64,000 bases of DNA from Gammaproteobacteria bacterium (lineage in GTDB: Bacteria > Pseudomonadota > Gammaproteobacteria > Ga0077536), in NCBI GenBank assembly GCA_963662545.2, contig CAXXLL010000003.1:2720001-2784000 (forward strand), in the 5' to 3' direction. Of this stretch, positions 50,682-61,900 are shown in pieces. The translations under genes were made by a program, and so were the position numbers. A model generated the notes under the pieces. It had not been told where the DNA came from, did not search any database, and was given only the letters and a program-made list of their open reading frames with translations. Numbering within the stretch: position 1 is the first letter of the stretch; every line of letters starts with the position of its first letter.

Positions 50682-52415
50682 TCACCCTAGTTGATATTCG
50701 GGTCGGCTCAGCATCAGGTGCAATAGCACACGCAGCGGTTCTTCTAAATAGGTGCGGGCGGACAACACATCCTTCGTACCGAGTTCCCGTTCGAAAGCAT
50801 CGGCCAGCATCTTTAGTATCTCGTCGTCCGGCGCTACGGAGAAAAAACGCTCGATGAAATAATCGACCACCGCGGCAGGTGCCGCCAATTCCAGACTCAT
50901 GACCGAACGCGTTAAATCGAGGCGCGCAAGATGGCGGGGAATGGGTTTGACCCGTTCGATCGCCATCTGCCAGCCGCGGTAGCTGCCGTAGCGGGTATTA
51001 AAATCCTCTTCCCGGTCGACCATATTCGACATGGCCATCATGCCGTCGGTGTTTACTGCGTCAACCGGTCGGGTCGCGCTAGCCATGTCTTCGCCATCGC
51101 GCAAACGTCGGTGGACCGCGAGTATCTCAGCGCCGCTCGGGTATTCGGGATAGCGATCATTGGGTACGAACGCGATGTCAGGAAAGACCACATCGAGAAC
51201 GAAGTTGCCGCGCTCGATCAAGAGGCTCGGTGTGATCCAGCTGCGCCCGTAGCTCCAACCCGCCACCGTCGGCGGATGCATCAGGCGCTGCCCCAGGCTC
51301 TCGGTAAGCAGGTTGAAGTCGGGTGCGCCAGGAACTTCGGCCAAGCCAAATTTGCGGTAGGTTGAAATGACGAGTTCTACGGGGCTCTTGATCCGCGTAC
51401 CTATTGATCGCGAGGCGTAGAAGTCCCGTGACAAAAACAGTGTTTCAAGAAACGGTGTGATCTCGTAATTGAGTGCCTTGAGGCGCGCGCCCAGCACCAC
51501 TTTGAATGCCGGTGTTAGCTCATCGCTGACGAAGAATCGATACAGTTTGGCCGCGATGAATTCGGTCGTGGCGGTTTGGTCGAGGATGATATCGATCACT
51601 TCGACGCCGTCGAACCGCCCCGTGCGACCTAGGAATACTTTTTCATCGTCGTCGTGCTTGGCCGCGTCGATCTTGAATTCGAGACCCGCGTAGTTCCATC
51701 CGGTGAACGCGCGCGCGCCTTCACGTATATCTTGCTCCGAATAGTTACCGACGCCCATGGTGAACAGTTCCATGATCTCGCGCGCGAAGTTTTCATTCGG
51801 CGAGCCTTTGACGTTCACGCCCGCGTCGAGAAAAGCGAGCATCGCCGGATCCTGCGCGACGCCAAGCAGCAAGGTGCGAAAATTGCCGAGACCTGCGCTT
51901 TGAAACAATTCCAATTGCTTCAACATCTTCCGATAGTCGCGGACTTTATCCTCGTTGGTCGCGAAGTGCCCGTGCCAGAACAGCGCGACCTTCTCCTGCA
52001 AGGGGTAAGGCGTGGCCAGCATGCGTTGGGCCCACCAATAGGCCACCCGATCGGTTTCGAGACGACTGGCACGCAGCCAGTAAAAAAACTCGTTGACGAT
52101 CGCTTGCATGGGGCGATTGCCCGAGGTCTTGACTTCGATCCCGAGCGATTTACCCTGCTCGGCCGCGAGCGCCGTGGTGGCGGGACGGCTTGGCGGGAAG
52201 GGATCGAGCCCGTCGTTGAAGATGCCTGAGTGGTCGAACGGCGGGAGTGGATTTTCCGCGGCGTTGAACCGTACCAGCGTTTGCACCGCTTGCTGCGGTG
52301 ACATGCCCGCAAGGTGATCGATCTCAGCGGGGGTGCCGCCGAAGGCAGCGCGTTCCAACAGATGCCGGGCTTTGTCCCGGTCCCATTCTTTGGGGGCAAG
52401 AGGTGATAAGTCCAA
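50682..52415 (-). CDS. DUF1800-family protein
   Basis: ARHLLERAAFG, LFWHGHFAT, PNENFAREIMELFTMG and PPTVAGW motifs; start uncertain because the IS91 end sits 24 bp upstream. Confidence 0.85.
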   Translation of the reverse strand: MDLSPLAPKEWDRDKARHLLERAAFGGTPAEIDHLAGMSPQQAVQTLVRFNAAENPLPPFDHSGIFNDGLDPFPPSRPATTALAAEQGKSLGIEVKTSGNRPMQAIVNEFFYWLRASRLETDRVAYWWAQRMLATPYPLQEKVALFWHGHFATNEDKVRDYRKMLKQLELFQSAGLGNFRTLLLGVAQDPAMLAFLDAGVNVKGSPNENFAREIMELFTMGVGNYSEQDIREGARAFTGWNYAGLEFKIDAAKHDDDEKVFLGRTGRFDGVEVIDIILDQTATTEFIAAKLYRFFVSDELTPAFKVVLGARLKALNYEITPFLETLFLSRDFYASRSIGTRIKSPVELVISTYRKFGLAEVPGAPDFNLLTESLGQRLMHPPTVAGWSYGRSWITPSLLIERGNFVLDVVFPDIAFVPNDRYPEYPSGAEILAVHRRLRDGEDMASATRPVDAVNTDGMMAMSNMVDREEDFNTRYGSYRGWQMAIERVKPIPRHLARLDLTRSVMSLELAAPAAVVDYFIERFFSVAPDDEILKMLADAFERELGTKDVLSARTYLEEPLRVLLHLMLSRPEYQLG

Positions 52416-52438
52416 GCGGATTCCTCCAGCGTTGATTC

Positions 52439-53206
52439 GCATATAGGAAATATAACCCCCTTACATGGTGGGTTTCCAGGCTATCGGGTTATTCATTGTG
52501 GCGGGACTGACGCTGTTCATGGCGTGATCAGGCGGTGGTTGCGGCGGAATTTGTGTGGAATTTAGGGCGAGATCGGGCGGACATGCGGGGTCAGGTTGAA
52601 CAAGAGCCTGCCGCATCGGGGCACGGCATCTGTGGGGGAACGGGGCAGTTCAGGTTGTGTTGAACAGGCTGGCCTGAGGGGGTGCCCGGGGTTCGGGTAA
52701 TGAATTGATCCGGGTGATGGGCTTGGTTCTGTCGAGGTGGTCGAGAATCTTGCGGATGACGAGGGGGTCTTCGATGCAGGCCATGACCTTCAGGGTGCCG
52801 TCACAGGCCTGGCAGGTGGTGATGTCGATGTGGCCTACAGGGATGTAGGTCAGGGGCATGAGCAGGACGCGGAAGCTTTGAAGACCCGCTTGAGGCGTTG
52901 CGCCCAGGTCGCCGCTCTTGCGCATCCCTGCGCCCGCGGCATTAGTGCATCCCTGCACGTCATGGCGGTATGGCGCTCGGCGGGGGTTCGGTCGTGTGTC
53001 TCGTCGGTGGCGCTCTTGCGGCCCTTGCCGCGCCTGGCCGGAGTGATCAGTGCCCGGTGTTTGCTGTTGGGGGCGAAGACACCGTGACAAATTTATCTGG
53101 AATAAATTTGGACGACCGAAGGTCGCCCGAAGGGTGAGGAACAGGGATGTTCCTCATCAAAGCGGGTGAGGTTGACTCGGGGTTTGGGGATCAGTGCGGC
53201 GAGGCG
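52439..53206 (-). mobile_element. 768-bp copy of the IS91 3' end (matches 38748-39515)
   Basis: Starts at the same oriIS-like motif and carries the same hairpin insertions. Confidence 0.9.
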
Positions 53207-53590
53207 CTGTTTGTGATGGGTGAAGTACAGTACCGTGAGTGGAAAGTGTGGACGCACCAGAACCTACTTCAGCGGAAAGATGATCTGCTCGAGGCCGAGT
53301 GTGAACAGCGGGAAACGGAGGTCCGGATGGCCCGGGAGCGCGAGGAGAAAATTCGGCGCGACTGATTCGATAAACTCCTCGACGACGCGGCCGCTTATCG
53401 GCAGGCGGAAGATATTCGCCAGTACGTCGAGCGCGTTCTAAGCGCCGTCTCGTACCAGTGTGTTAACGCTGCTCAAGAAGCAGTTGCAACATGGGCAGTG
53501 TGGGCGCGTGCACAGGCCGACGTGCTAGACCCGGTTAAATCTGGGCGGTTTTTGCTTCACGAAGAAGATACCGCGGGATCCGATGGTCAG
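53207..53590 (+). pseudogene. C-terminal fragment of a hypothetical protein with an internal stop
   Basis: ...EKIRRD*FDKLLDDAAAYRQAEDIRQYV...WAVWARAQADVLDP reads through in one frame. Confidence 0.4.
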
Positions 53591-54244
53591 TGAATGCGGT
53601 ATCGGTGCCCGGGAGAGTCCGAACCAAAGGGCGTGGGGAGGTACTTTGAGGCCGAAAGAATTGACGTGGCTAATCGGCTCGCGCTTCGGCGACACTGCCG
53701 CACGCGCCGCCGGAAGCATCGCGCGAAAGCATACCCCGCGCTTTGTCGAGGTAAATGCATAGAACATAAACTTTGATCTAAAAGCATGGAGAGGTGCCAG
53801 AGTGATCGAATGGAGCTGACTCGAAAACAGGCATGCCTGAAGATTGTTCTTGGGGGGAACACGCGGGATATCTCGTTATCCACTTAGTCAAAGATTTCGC
53901 GAACTAGATCTAGTAACGTGCCTCTTTCGATTACCCCTTCCGTATCTTTGTTCGACGAGTTACAAACCGTTGATGCTTGAGCACCAACAAAAATACATCT
54001 GCGATTGCACTCGACACACATACTCATGCTCGTTCTCAACGGAGCTTACGGTTTGCAGGTTTTCGAACGCAAACCTTCGCTTGTTATCCGCGCCTGTAGT
54101 CCGGAGTGATTTGGTGTCATTGTTACGATGACGTGCTACCCGAATCGGCACGAGCTATCGCCGAATACCTGCCACCAAACCTGCCATCTAAATCAGCAAG
54201 TCGTCAAAGGAATTTACTGCTTCGGTGTTAACTTGTTGAATATA

Positions 54245-54294
54245 TGGTGGCCAGGGGCAGAATCGAACTGCCGACACAGGGATTTTCAGTCCTC
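54245..54294 (-). other. att site: 3' half of tRNA-Phe(GAA)
   Basis: rc GAGGACTGAAAATCCCTGTGTCGGCAGTTCGATTCTGCCCCTGGCCACCA has the anticodon loop, T-arm and CCA; the D-arm and 5' acceptor strand are absent. Confidence 0.85.
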
Positions 54295-54845
54295 GTGGGG
54301 TAGATTCTCAAAAAATCTTGGAAGTTCTTATAGGATTGAATAAACAAACAAACCAGGAAGCATTGACATCTTTTTAAATGCCAGACGTTCTGAGCTTTCG
54401 TGTAATTTTCTATGCTGAATTACACGAAATTTACCCTTGGTGAACGAAACCTTGTAGCACAAGATTGCGACAAGTCGGCGAACGATCCTGCTAGCCTACC
54501 GGCATCTGTCCGTGTCATAGAACCAGTTAGCCTTAGATGAAGCTCTCATGTGCGCCTGGGGGACCGACGACATCTGGGATAAGCATGACCAAAAGCTGTT
54601 GATGGCGATGGGCGAGAAAGAAGGACGCGAGGCTCGGAATGTACATCGTCAAAGTTTTTTCAGGGCAGAGTGCGCCTGGATCGAAGAGCGTATCCAGCTC
54701 ATCTGGTTTGCCAACCAAACTGCCCGTTGCTGGTAGCGTAGCCGACGACGCTGCTCCATCGCGCGCCGTTTGATTTTGTGATGCATGGACATAATTGTCT
54801 AGCCGCGCTCGCAGTACATGTCGCCGATAGCAGGTTATTAAGATC

Positions 54846-54887
54846 GTGCTCGTATACTTGACGCTATGGCGTCAAGTATACGAGCAC
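54846..54887. repeat. Perfect 19-bp inverted repeat with a 4-nt loop, downstream of the integrase
   Basis: GTGCTCGTATACTTGACGC-TATG-GCGTCAAGTATACGAGCAC. Confidence 0.9.
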
Positions 54888-54927
54888 CGAGCCGTCGTCG
54901 AGCTGTGATTTCTTCAAGGCCATATGA

Positions 54928-56133
54928 TTAGGACACCTTGTCGTCCAAGGTGTCTTCATAGCAAGATTCCAGTTTCCTCATCGCAAATGCAATATGTTCG
55001 CCATTCGCATGTGCGTAACGTTCCACCATAGCGAGTGTTCTGTGGCCACTAATTCGCTTTACCGTAGGAAGGTCGACACCGCTTTGCACCAAATGAGTGA
55101 TAGCGGTGTGGCGCAAAACGTGAGGCGTGACGATGTCGGGGTCAAGACCAGCAGCCCTCACGACACGTCGCATGCCTTTTCTAACAGTATTAGTGTGCCC
55201 TGTCTTTGCGCCTGAGGAAGGGAAAATCCAGATCGTGTCCTTGGGTAACGAATCGCAATACGGTTGGAGATAGCTCGCTAGTTTTGTGGTCATCGGCTGA
55301 TCTCGCTGCCCGGCTTTGGCTTTTGGGATATGTATGCGACGGCGCTCAAAATCGATGTCGGACTTCCTTATAGAGAGGATTTCGCTCAACCGCATGCCTG
55401 TTTCAAGACCTATTCTGATAAACGCATAGATTTGCGTGTTGGAATCCTCTTTCGCAGAGTCGAGAAGCGCCTTCGCTTGATTTGACGTCAAATACGTGAT
55501 GCGGCCACTGTCCTCCCGAAGTTTGCGGATGCGACAGGGTCGGCGATCAATCCAACCCCAATCGACGGCACTGTTCAGAAGGTGAGATAGCACGGCGAGT
55601 TCGCGATTTATCGTCGCCGCTTTAACAGTGGTTTCTTTGAGGCGCAAACGCTTGGCATCGGGCTTGCCATTGAGGGCCTTCTGAGATCTGCGCTTCTTCT
55701 TGTATCGCTCGACGTCGAAGTCGGTGATCTGCGACAGCGGCTTCGAGCCAAAGAAGGGGATGAGGTGAAGGGTTAAACGTTTCTCCTTGCGGTCAATTTC
55801 ATTTCCACCTGACTTCCGCAATTTCCAGATATACTCAGTTGCGGCCTCCCTGAACCCACGCAGAGTTTTTCGGCGTTTCGGCAAATTCAACCGGTCGTGC
55901 TTAGCATCAGTTCGAATCTGCGCGATGTAATCTTCTACCTGTTTTCGCGTTGTGCCATCGGATTCGTGGCCTACTACGCGATGGATGCGCTGTCCATCCA
56001 CCATGATGTTTATCGAGAACACACCGTCGCCATTGGACTTGCGCTCGAACGTAATGCCGTGTTCAGTGATGGACTGACGGGACGCTAACTTGCGCATTCG
56101 CGAACGCGTCAACTTGGAGAAAGATTTGGCCAT
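54928..56133 (-). CDS. Tyrosine recombinase/integrase
   Basis: TGMRLSEI, PKAK, HVLRH, SGH and ERYAH provide the R-K-H-R-H-Y set; 401 aa. Confidence 0.9.
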   Translation of the reverse strand: MAKSFSKLTRSRMRKLASRQSITEHGITFERKSNGDGVFSINIMVDGQRIHRVVGHESDGTTRKQVEDYIAQIRTDAKHDRLNLPKRRKTLRGFREAATEYIWKLRKSGGNEIDRKEKRLTLHLIPFFGSKPLSQITDFDVERYKKKRRSQKALNGKPDAKRLRLKETTVKAATINRELAVLSHLLNSAVDWGWIDRRPCRIRKLREDSGRITYLTSNQAKALLDSAKEDSNTQIYAFIRIGLETGMRLSEILSIRKSDIDFERRRIHIPKAKAGQRDQPMTTKLASYLQPYCDSLPKDTIWIFPSSGAKTGHTNTVRKGMRRVVRAAGLDPDIVTPHVLRHTAITHLVQSGVDLPTVKRISGHRTLAMVERYAHANGEHIAFAMRKLESCYEDTLDDKVS

Positions 56134-56145
56134 GTTGGTTAGCTA

Positions 56146-56838
56146 GTGTGCATCCCTAAACGCGATGCGGTTGAAATAAAAAGGAAAATTTGTCGCTTAA
56201 GGGATCGAAACCTCCGGTGGGTCGTGATCTAATGGAACTTCAAACCTCTGATTTTCCACACAATCATCGACACCACAGGAGGGGGAATGCGTCAGAAACG
56301 CACGGCCCAAGCGAGTATATACGAGCTGTTTGCTGACCATGACCTGGGGCGAGAGCTGCAGGGCATGTCCGAGTGGCTCGATGCTCACCCCAAGGTCCTC
56401 ACGCCGGTCATGAACGATCTGTGTCGGCGGGGTTTGAAGCCCACCGGTCGACGCGGACTGTCGGCGGAGTCGGTGCTGCGCTGCGCGGTGCTCAAGCAGC
56501 ACCGGCAATTGAGTTACGAGGAGCTGGCCTTTCACCTGCAGGACTCGGCGAGCTTTCAGGCCTTCGCCCGGTTGCCGGGTAATGAACGTCCGAAGAAGTC
56601 TGCCTTACAGCGGGTGGTCTCGGCGATCCAGGTATCGACGTGGGAGTCTATTCATCGCGCCCTGCTGGCGACGGCGAAAGAGACGCGCATTGAGCCGGCA
56701 CAGCGTGTACGGATTGATAGCACGGTAACGGACAGTGCCATCCACGCGCCGAGCGACAGTCATCTGCTGTGGGATGGCGTGCGTGTTGTGGTTCGTCTGC
56801 TCGCACAGGCGCGCACGCGCCGGAGTTGTGCTTCGTGA
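56146..56838 (+). mobile_element. ISNCY copy 3, truncated
   Basis: Left IR and 5' transposase identical to copy 1; degrades at about 56815. Confidence 0.85.
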
Positions 56839-56859
56839 GTTTTTCGTATGCGCGTGGTT

Positions 56860-57130
56860 CAACGCAAATTCAACCGGTCGTGCTTAGCATCAGTTCGAAT
56901 CTGCGCGATGTAATCTTCTACCTGTTTTCGCGTTGTGCCATCGGATTCGTGGCCTACTACGCGATGGATTTCGCGCTGTCCATCCACCATGATGTTTATC
57001 GAGAACACACCGTCGCCATTGGACTTGCGCTCGAACGTAATGCCGTGTTCAGTGATGGACTGACGGGACGCTAACTTGCGCATTCGCGAACGCGTCAACT
57101 TGGAGAAAGATTTGGCCATGTTGGTTAGCA
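56860..57130 (-). pseudogene. Duplicate of the integrase 5' end with small indels
   Basis: Matches about 55880-56143. Confidence 0.8.
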
Positions 57131-57148
57131 TCGATTACGTGGCCAATT

Positions 57149-57951
57149 GTGTGCATCCCTAAACGCGATGCGGTTGAAATAAAAAGGAAAATTTGTCGCT
57201 TAAGGGATCGAAACCTCCGGTGGGTCGTGATCTAATGGAACTTCAAACCTCTGATTTTCCACACAATCATCGACACCACAGGAGGGGGAATGCGTCAGAA
57301 ACGCACGGCCCAAGCGAGTATATACGAGCTGTTTGCTGACCATGACCTGGGGCGAGAGCTGCAGGGCATGTCCGAGTGGCTCGATGCTCACCCCAAGGTC
57401 CTCACGCCGGTCATGAACGATCTGTGTCGGCGGGGTTTGAAGCCCACCGGTCGACGCGGACTGTCGGCGGAGTCGGTGCTGCGCTGCGCGGTGCTCAAGC
57501 AGCACCGGCAATTGAGTTACGAGGAGCTGGCCTTTCACCTGCAGGACTCGGCGAGCTTTCAGGCCTTCGCCCGGTTGCCGGGTAATGAACGTCCGAAGAA
57601 GTCTGCCTTACAGCGGGTGGTCTCGGCGATCCAGGTATCGACGTGGGAGTCTATTCATCGCGCCCTGCTGGCGACGGCGAAAGAGACGCGCATTGAGCCG
57701 GCACAGCGTGTACGGATTGATAGCACGGTAACGGACAGTGCCATCCACGCGCCGAGCGACAGTCATCTGCTGTGGGATGGCGTGCGTGTTGTGGTTCGTC
57801 TGCTCGCACAGGCGCGCGAGTTGCCTGGCGCGCCGGAGTTGTGCTTCGTGAACCACACTCGATTGGCGAAGAAGCGTGCGCGGGCGCTGTGGTATGCGCG
57901 TGGTGCGAAGCAACGCCAACGTCTGTATCGCGATTTGATTGGGGCGACGCG
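57149..57951 (+). mobile_element. ISNCY copy 4, truncated by IS6
   Basis: Left IR and transposase up to LIGATR, then the IS6 IR. Confidence 0.85.
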
Positions 57952-58749
57952 GGTTCTGTCAGGTTGGCGCCGGATCGCGGACAATTAACGCATGACAGAA
58001 GCTCCTAATTATCGCGGATATCGATTTCCGCCTGAAATCATCGCGCGGTCGGTGTGGTTGTACCCTCGTTTTACGCTCAGCTTTCGCGATATCGAAGACC
58101 TTTTAGCCGAGCGCGGCGTGACGGTTTCGTATGAAACTATCCGCCAGTGGTGTCTGACGTTTGGACCCGATTACGCTCGCCGAATTAGGAAACATCAGGG
58201 GCCTTGCGGCGACTGTTGGTTTCTCGATGAGGTCGTCGTCTCAATTCAAGGAAAGCGTCGTTACCTTTGGCGAGCCGTGGACCAAGACGGCGATCTGATG
58301 GAGATCCTCGTACAAAAACGCAAGGATACTAAAGCCGCTAAGCGCTTCTTTCGAAAGGCGCTACGCTCACAAACAGCCGTTCCTATCGAGATAACAACCG
58401 ATAAGCTCCGTAGTTACGCCTCAGCCAAACGCGAGGTAATGCCGTCCGTGCCACACTGCCAAGATCACTATGCGAATAACCGCGCGGAAGTTTCACACGA
58501 GCCGACGCGGGAACAAGAAAGGCAGATGCGCGGGTTTCGATCGGACGGACACGCGCAGCGCTTTCTAAGCGTCCACGGTCAAGTCAACAATCTGTTTCGC
58601 CTCGGTCGTCATCTCCTCAGAGCGAAGAACTATCGTGAACTACGCTCCAAGGCATTTCTCACTTGGTCGGAGGTGACATGCGCCTGCTGATTGACGATGA
58701 TTCTACTTGCTCGAAAGATCGGGCCTGCGCGCAACAACCTGACAAAACC
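57952..58749 (+). mobile_element. IS6-family IS (transposase 57992-58690)
   Basis: IRs GGTTCTGTCAGGTTG and rc GGTTTTGTCAGGTTG (14/15); YRGYRFPPEII, WFLDE, ITTDK and NNRAEVSH motifs. Confidence 0.9.
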
Positions 58750-58792
58750 GCTACCACCACAAGGACGACCAACCGGACAGCCGTCACATTAC

Positions 58793-58883
58793 AAAAAATA
58801 AAAAGGGCCCGACGATGTCGGACCCTTTGGGTACAGCATTTTGCTTTATTGTAACAACGGCTCTCACCCCGGATTGCTGCAAT
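58793..58883 (-). ncRNA. tracrRNA of the type II-C CRISPR-Cas system
   Basis: rc reads anti-repeat ...GAGAGCCGTTGTTACAAT, AAAGC nexus-like segment, GGGTCCGAC/GTCGGGCCC hairpin and U-tract; immediately upstream of cas9. Confidence 0.8.
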
Positions 58884-58908
58884 AGCGCTTAGTATTATCG
58901 GAGGTTTC

Positions 58909-61900
58909 GTGATGACGCGCAACAATCTCTCCCTAGGCCTCGACATAGGAATCGCATCAGTTGGTTGGGCTGTCCTGGATTCGGATCACATCATCGCTCT
59001 CGGCGTTCGAGCATTCAATAAGGCCGAAGTCGCTCAAACAGGGGAGTCACTCAATCTTCAACGACGTAGCGCACGACTTGCGAGGCGTACATTAAGACAC
59101 CGACGTCAAAGGCTCGCAAAGCTCGCGAAACTACTAGAAGCCTCGGGCGTTATCACAAAAGAGCGGCTTTACGCCACACCGACGCGAGAAAGTTATCCAT
59201 CGCCTTGGGCTCTTCGAGTCAAAGGTTTAGATGAATGTCTTGCGGGCGAGGAATGGGGCCGCGTTATCTATCACATTTGTAAGCACCGTGGTTTTCATTG
59301 GGTTAGCCGTGTGGAGGAAAAAAAGTCTGGCGAGAATGCGAAACAAGAAGGCGGAAAAGTGAAGCAGGCCCTCAAATCGACGAGAGGTCTATTTGCTTCT
59401 AAGAAATATCGCTCAGCTGCCGAGATGATTATCTCTGAATTTCCCGATGCCTATCGGAACAAGCATGGTGATTATGGAAAAGCGCTGTCTAGAACACTGT
59501 TAAGCGAGGAACTCGAACTCCTTTTCCAACGGCAAAGTTGCCTTAAGAATCCACATGCAACCGATTTTCTAAAAAATGCAGTGTTGGGTAAGGGGGACAA
59601 GAAGACAGGCCTTCTCTGGGAACAACACCCTGCACTGTCTGGGGATGCGCTGCTTGCCATGCTCGGGAAATGCACGTTTGAGCGTCAAGAGTACCGGGCA
59701 CCGCGAAAGAGCTTCACTGCCGAACGTCATGTTTTATTGACGCGGCTCAACAATCTTCGAATAACCATTGACGGTGCAAGAAGGCCACTGACCGACAATG
59801 AGCGCCGATGTGCTCTATCACTTTCTTATGAACGGGCGGCTGATATTAAGTATTCAAAACTTCGGTCAGCCTTAGAAAAGACTTGCGGAACACCTTCTGA
59901 GTTTGCATTCGTGGGGCTTGCCTATCCGAGTGAGTTTCAAAAACAAGAGGAGAAAGCAAAGAATCCCGAGGAGGCAGCCGTTTTTAAATTGCCGGGCTGG
60001 CACGAACTGAGAACTACGCTTAAAAAAGCCGGTCTCGAAGACGAATGGAAACAGCTTACGTGCCTCGCATTAAAAGGTGACCCCACATTATTGGACCAAG
60101 TGGCTTGGGTTTTAAGTGTCTACAAAGAAGACGAAGAAGTGGTGGCGGCTTTGGACGATTTACCCCTGCCAAATAAAGAGGCGGTAATAGATGCGCTCCT
60201 TAGCGTGCAGTTCTCGGAGTTTCATGCATTATCGTTGAAGGCGCTTCGAAATATCGTGCCAAAAATGGAGTTAGGGCTCCGATATGATGAGGCTTGTACA
60301 CAAAGTGGTTATGACCATAGTCAACCGTTCGATCCAGAACGACAGAAAAGCCAATCACTACCGCCGTTCTACTTAGGCCATGACCATTTATCGCGAATGC
60401 GTTTAAACGAAGACGTAGGCGATTTACCCCGAAACCCAGTTGTCATGCGCGCCCTCAATCAGGCTAGGAAAGTCGTTAATGCACTAGTGGGAAAACATGG
60501 AGCTCCCCACTCTGTACATATAGAAATGGCCCGCGACCTTTCACGTCCGCTAACCGAGCGTAGAAAGATTCAAAAAGAGCAAGATGACTACCGGGATAAA
60601 AATGACAAAAACCGCAGCTTCTTTATAGAGCAGTTTAACCGCGAACCCCGAGGGCAAGAGTTCCAGAAACTTCAACTTTATCGGGAACAATCCGGTAAAT
60701 GTCTTTACTCCCTTGCTCCACTCGATCTGTCAAGATTGTTAGAGATGGGTTACGTAGAAATCGATCATGTTTTGCCGTACTCAAGAAGCTATGACGATAG
60801 TAAAAATAACAAGGCCTTAGTTCTCACAAAGCAAAATAGAGACAAAAGCGATTTAACTCCGTACGAGTATCTTCAGGGCGCTCAAGATACTGAAGCGTGG
60901 ATAAAGTTCTCGGCCTTCGTCAAGTCCAACAAAAACTACCGCGCCGCGAAACGAAACCGTCTTCTAACGAAAGACTTCGACGAAGAGAATGCTAAAGACT
61001 TCCAGGAACGAAATCTAAATGACACGCGGTATATCTGCCGATATTTCAAGAGTTACTTAGAGGAATATTTAGAACTCTCCGACGAGAGCGAACACCGACG
61101 TTGCGTGGTGGTCAATGGCCGACTAACCGCATTTCTGCGTGCTCGCTGGGGGCTCCATAAAGAACGCTCTGAGAGTGACAGACATCATGCATTGGATGCC
61201 GCGGTCGTAGCGGCGTGCACTCGCGGCATGGTCAAACGCTTGGCCGATTACGCTAAGGGCCGAGAGCTACGTTATGTTCAGGCAGATTCCATTGACCGGG
61301 AAACCGGAGAGATTATTGATTTCGACAGGTATAAAAAACTAGAGAACGAATTTCCACAACCCTGGCAAGGCTTTCGGGGAGAGCTACTCGCGCGGTTAAA
61401 CACAGACGATGTGTCCACCCTGAGAGCATCATTGTCGAAACTCGGAACTTACAGTCGTGAGGAAATCGAAGCGGTAAAACCACTCTTCGTCTCACGGGCA
61501 CCCCAACGCCGGAACTCCGGCGCAGCGCATATGGACACAATTTATCAGCAAACAACAAGGCTTAAAGATGAGCGAAAAATCAGCCAAAAAATCAAGCTCG
61601 CCGGTCTGTCTTTTCGGCAAACCAAGAAAACGCCGAAACCCATAACCGAGCAAATAGAACAATTCGTGAAAAAATTGGCTGACCCACATAGAAACCAGAA
61701 ACTCTACGACGCTGTTTGTGATCGGTTGAAGGCATTCGCGGGCGACGGGAAAAAAGCGTTCAGTGCCGAGAACCCTCTCTACAAACCGGACAAGAACGGA
61801 AACCCGACAGGACCCATTGTCCGAACAGTGACAATGAGCGAGCGAATGTCCGGGATTCCAGTTCGGGGTGGATTGGCAAAGAACGAAACCATGCTTCGCG

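Noticed and set aside
54245-54320. Complete tRNA-Phe gene
   Set aside because: Only the anticodon arm to CCA is present; the adjacent sequence cannot form the D-arm or acceptor stem
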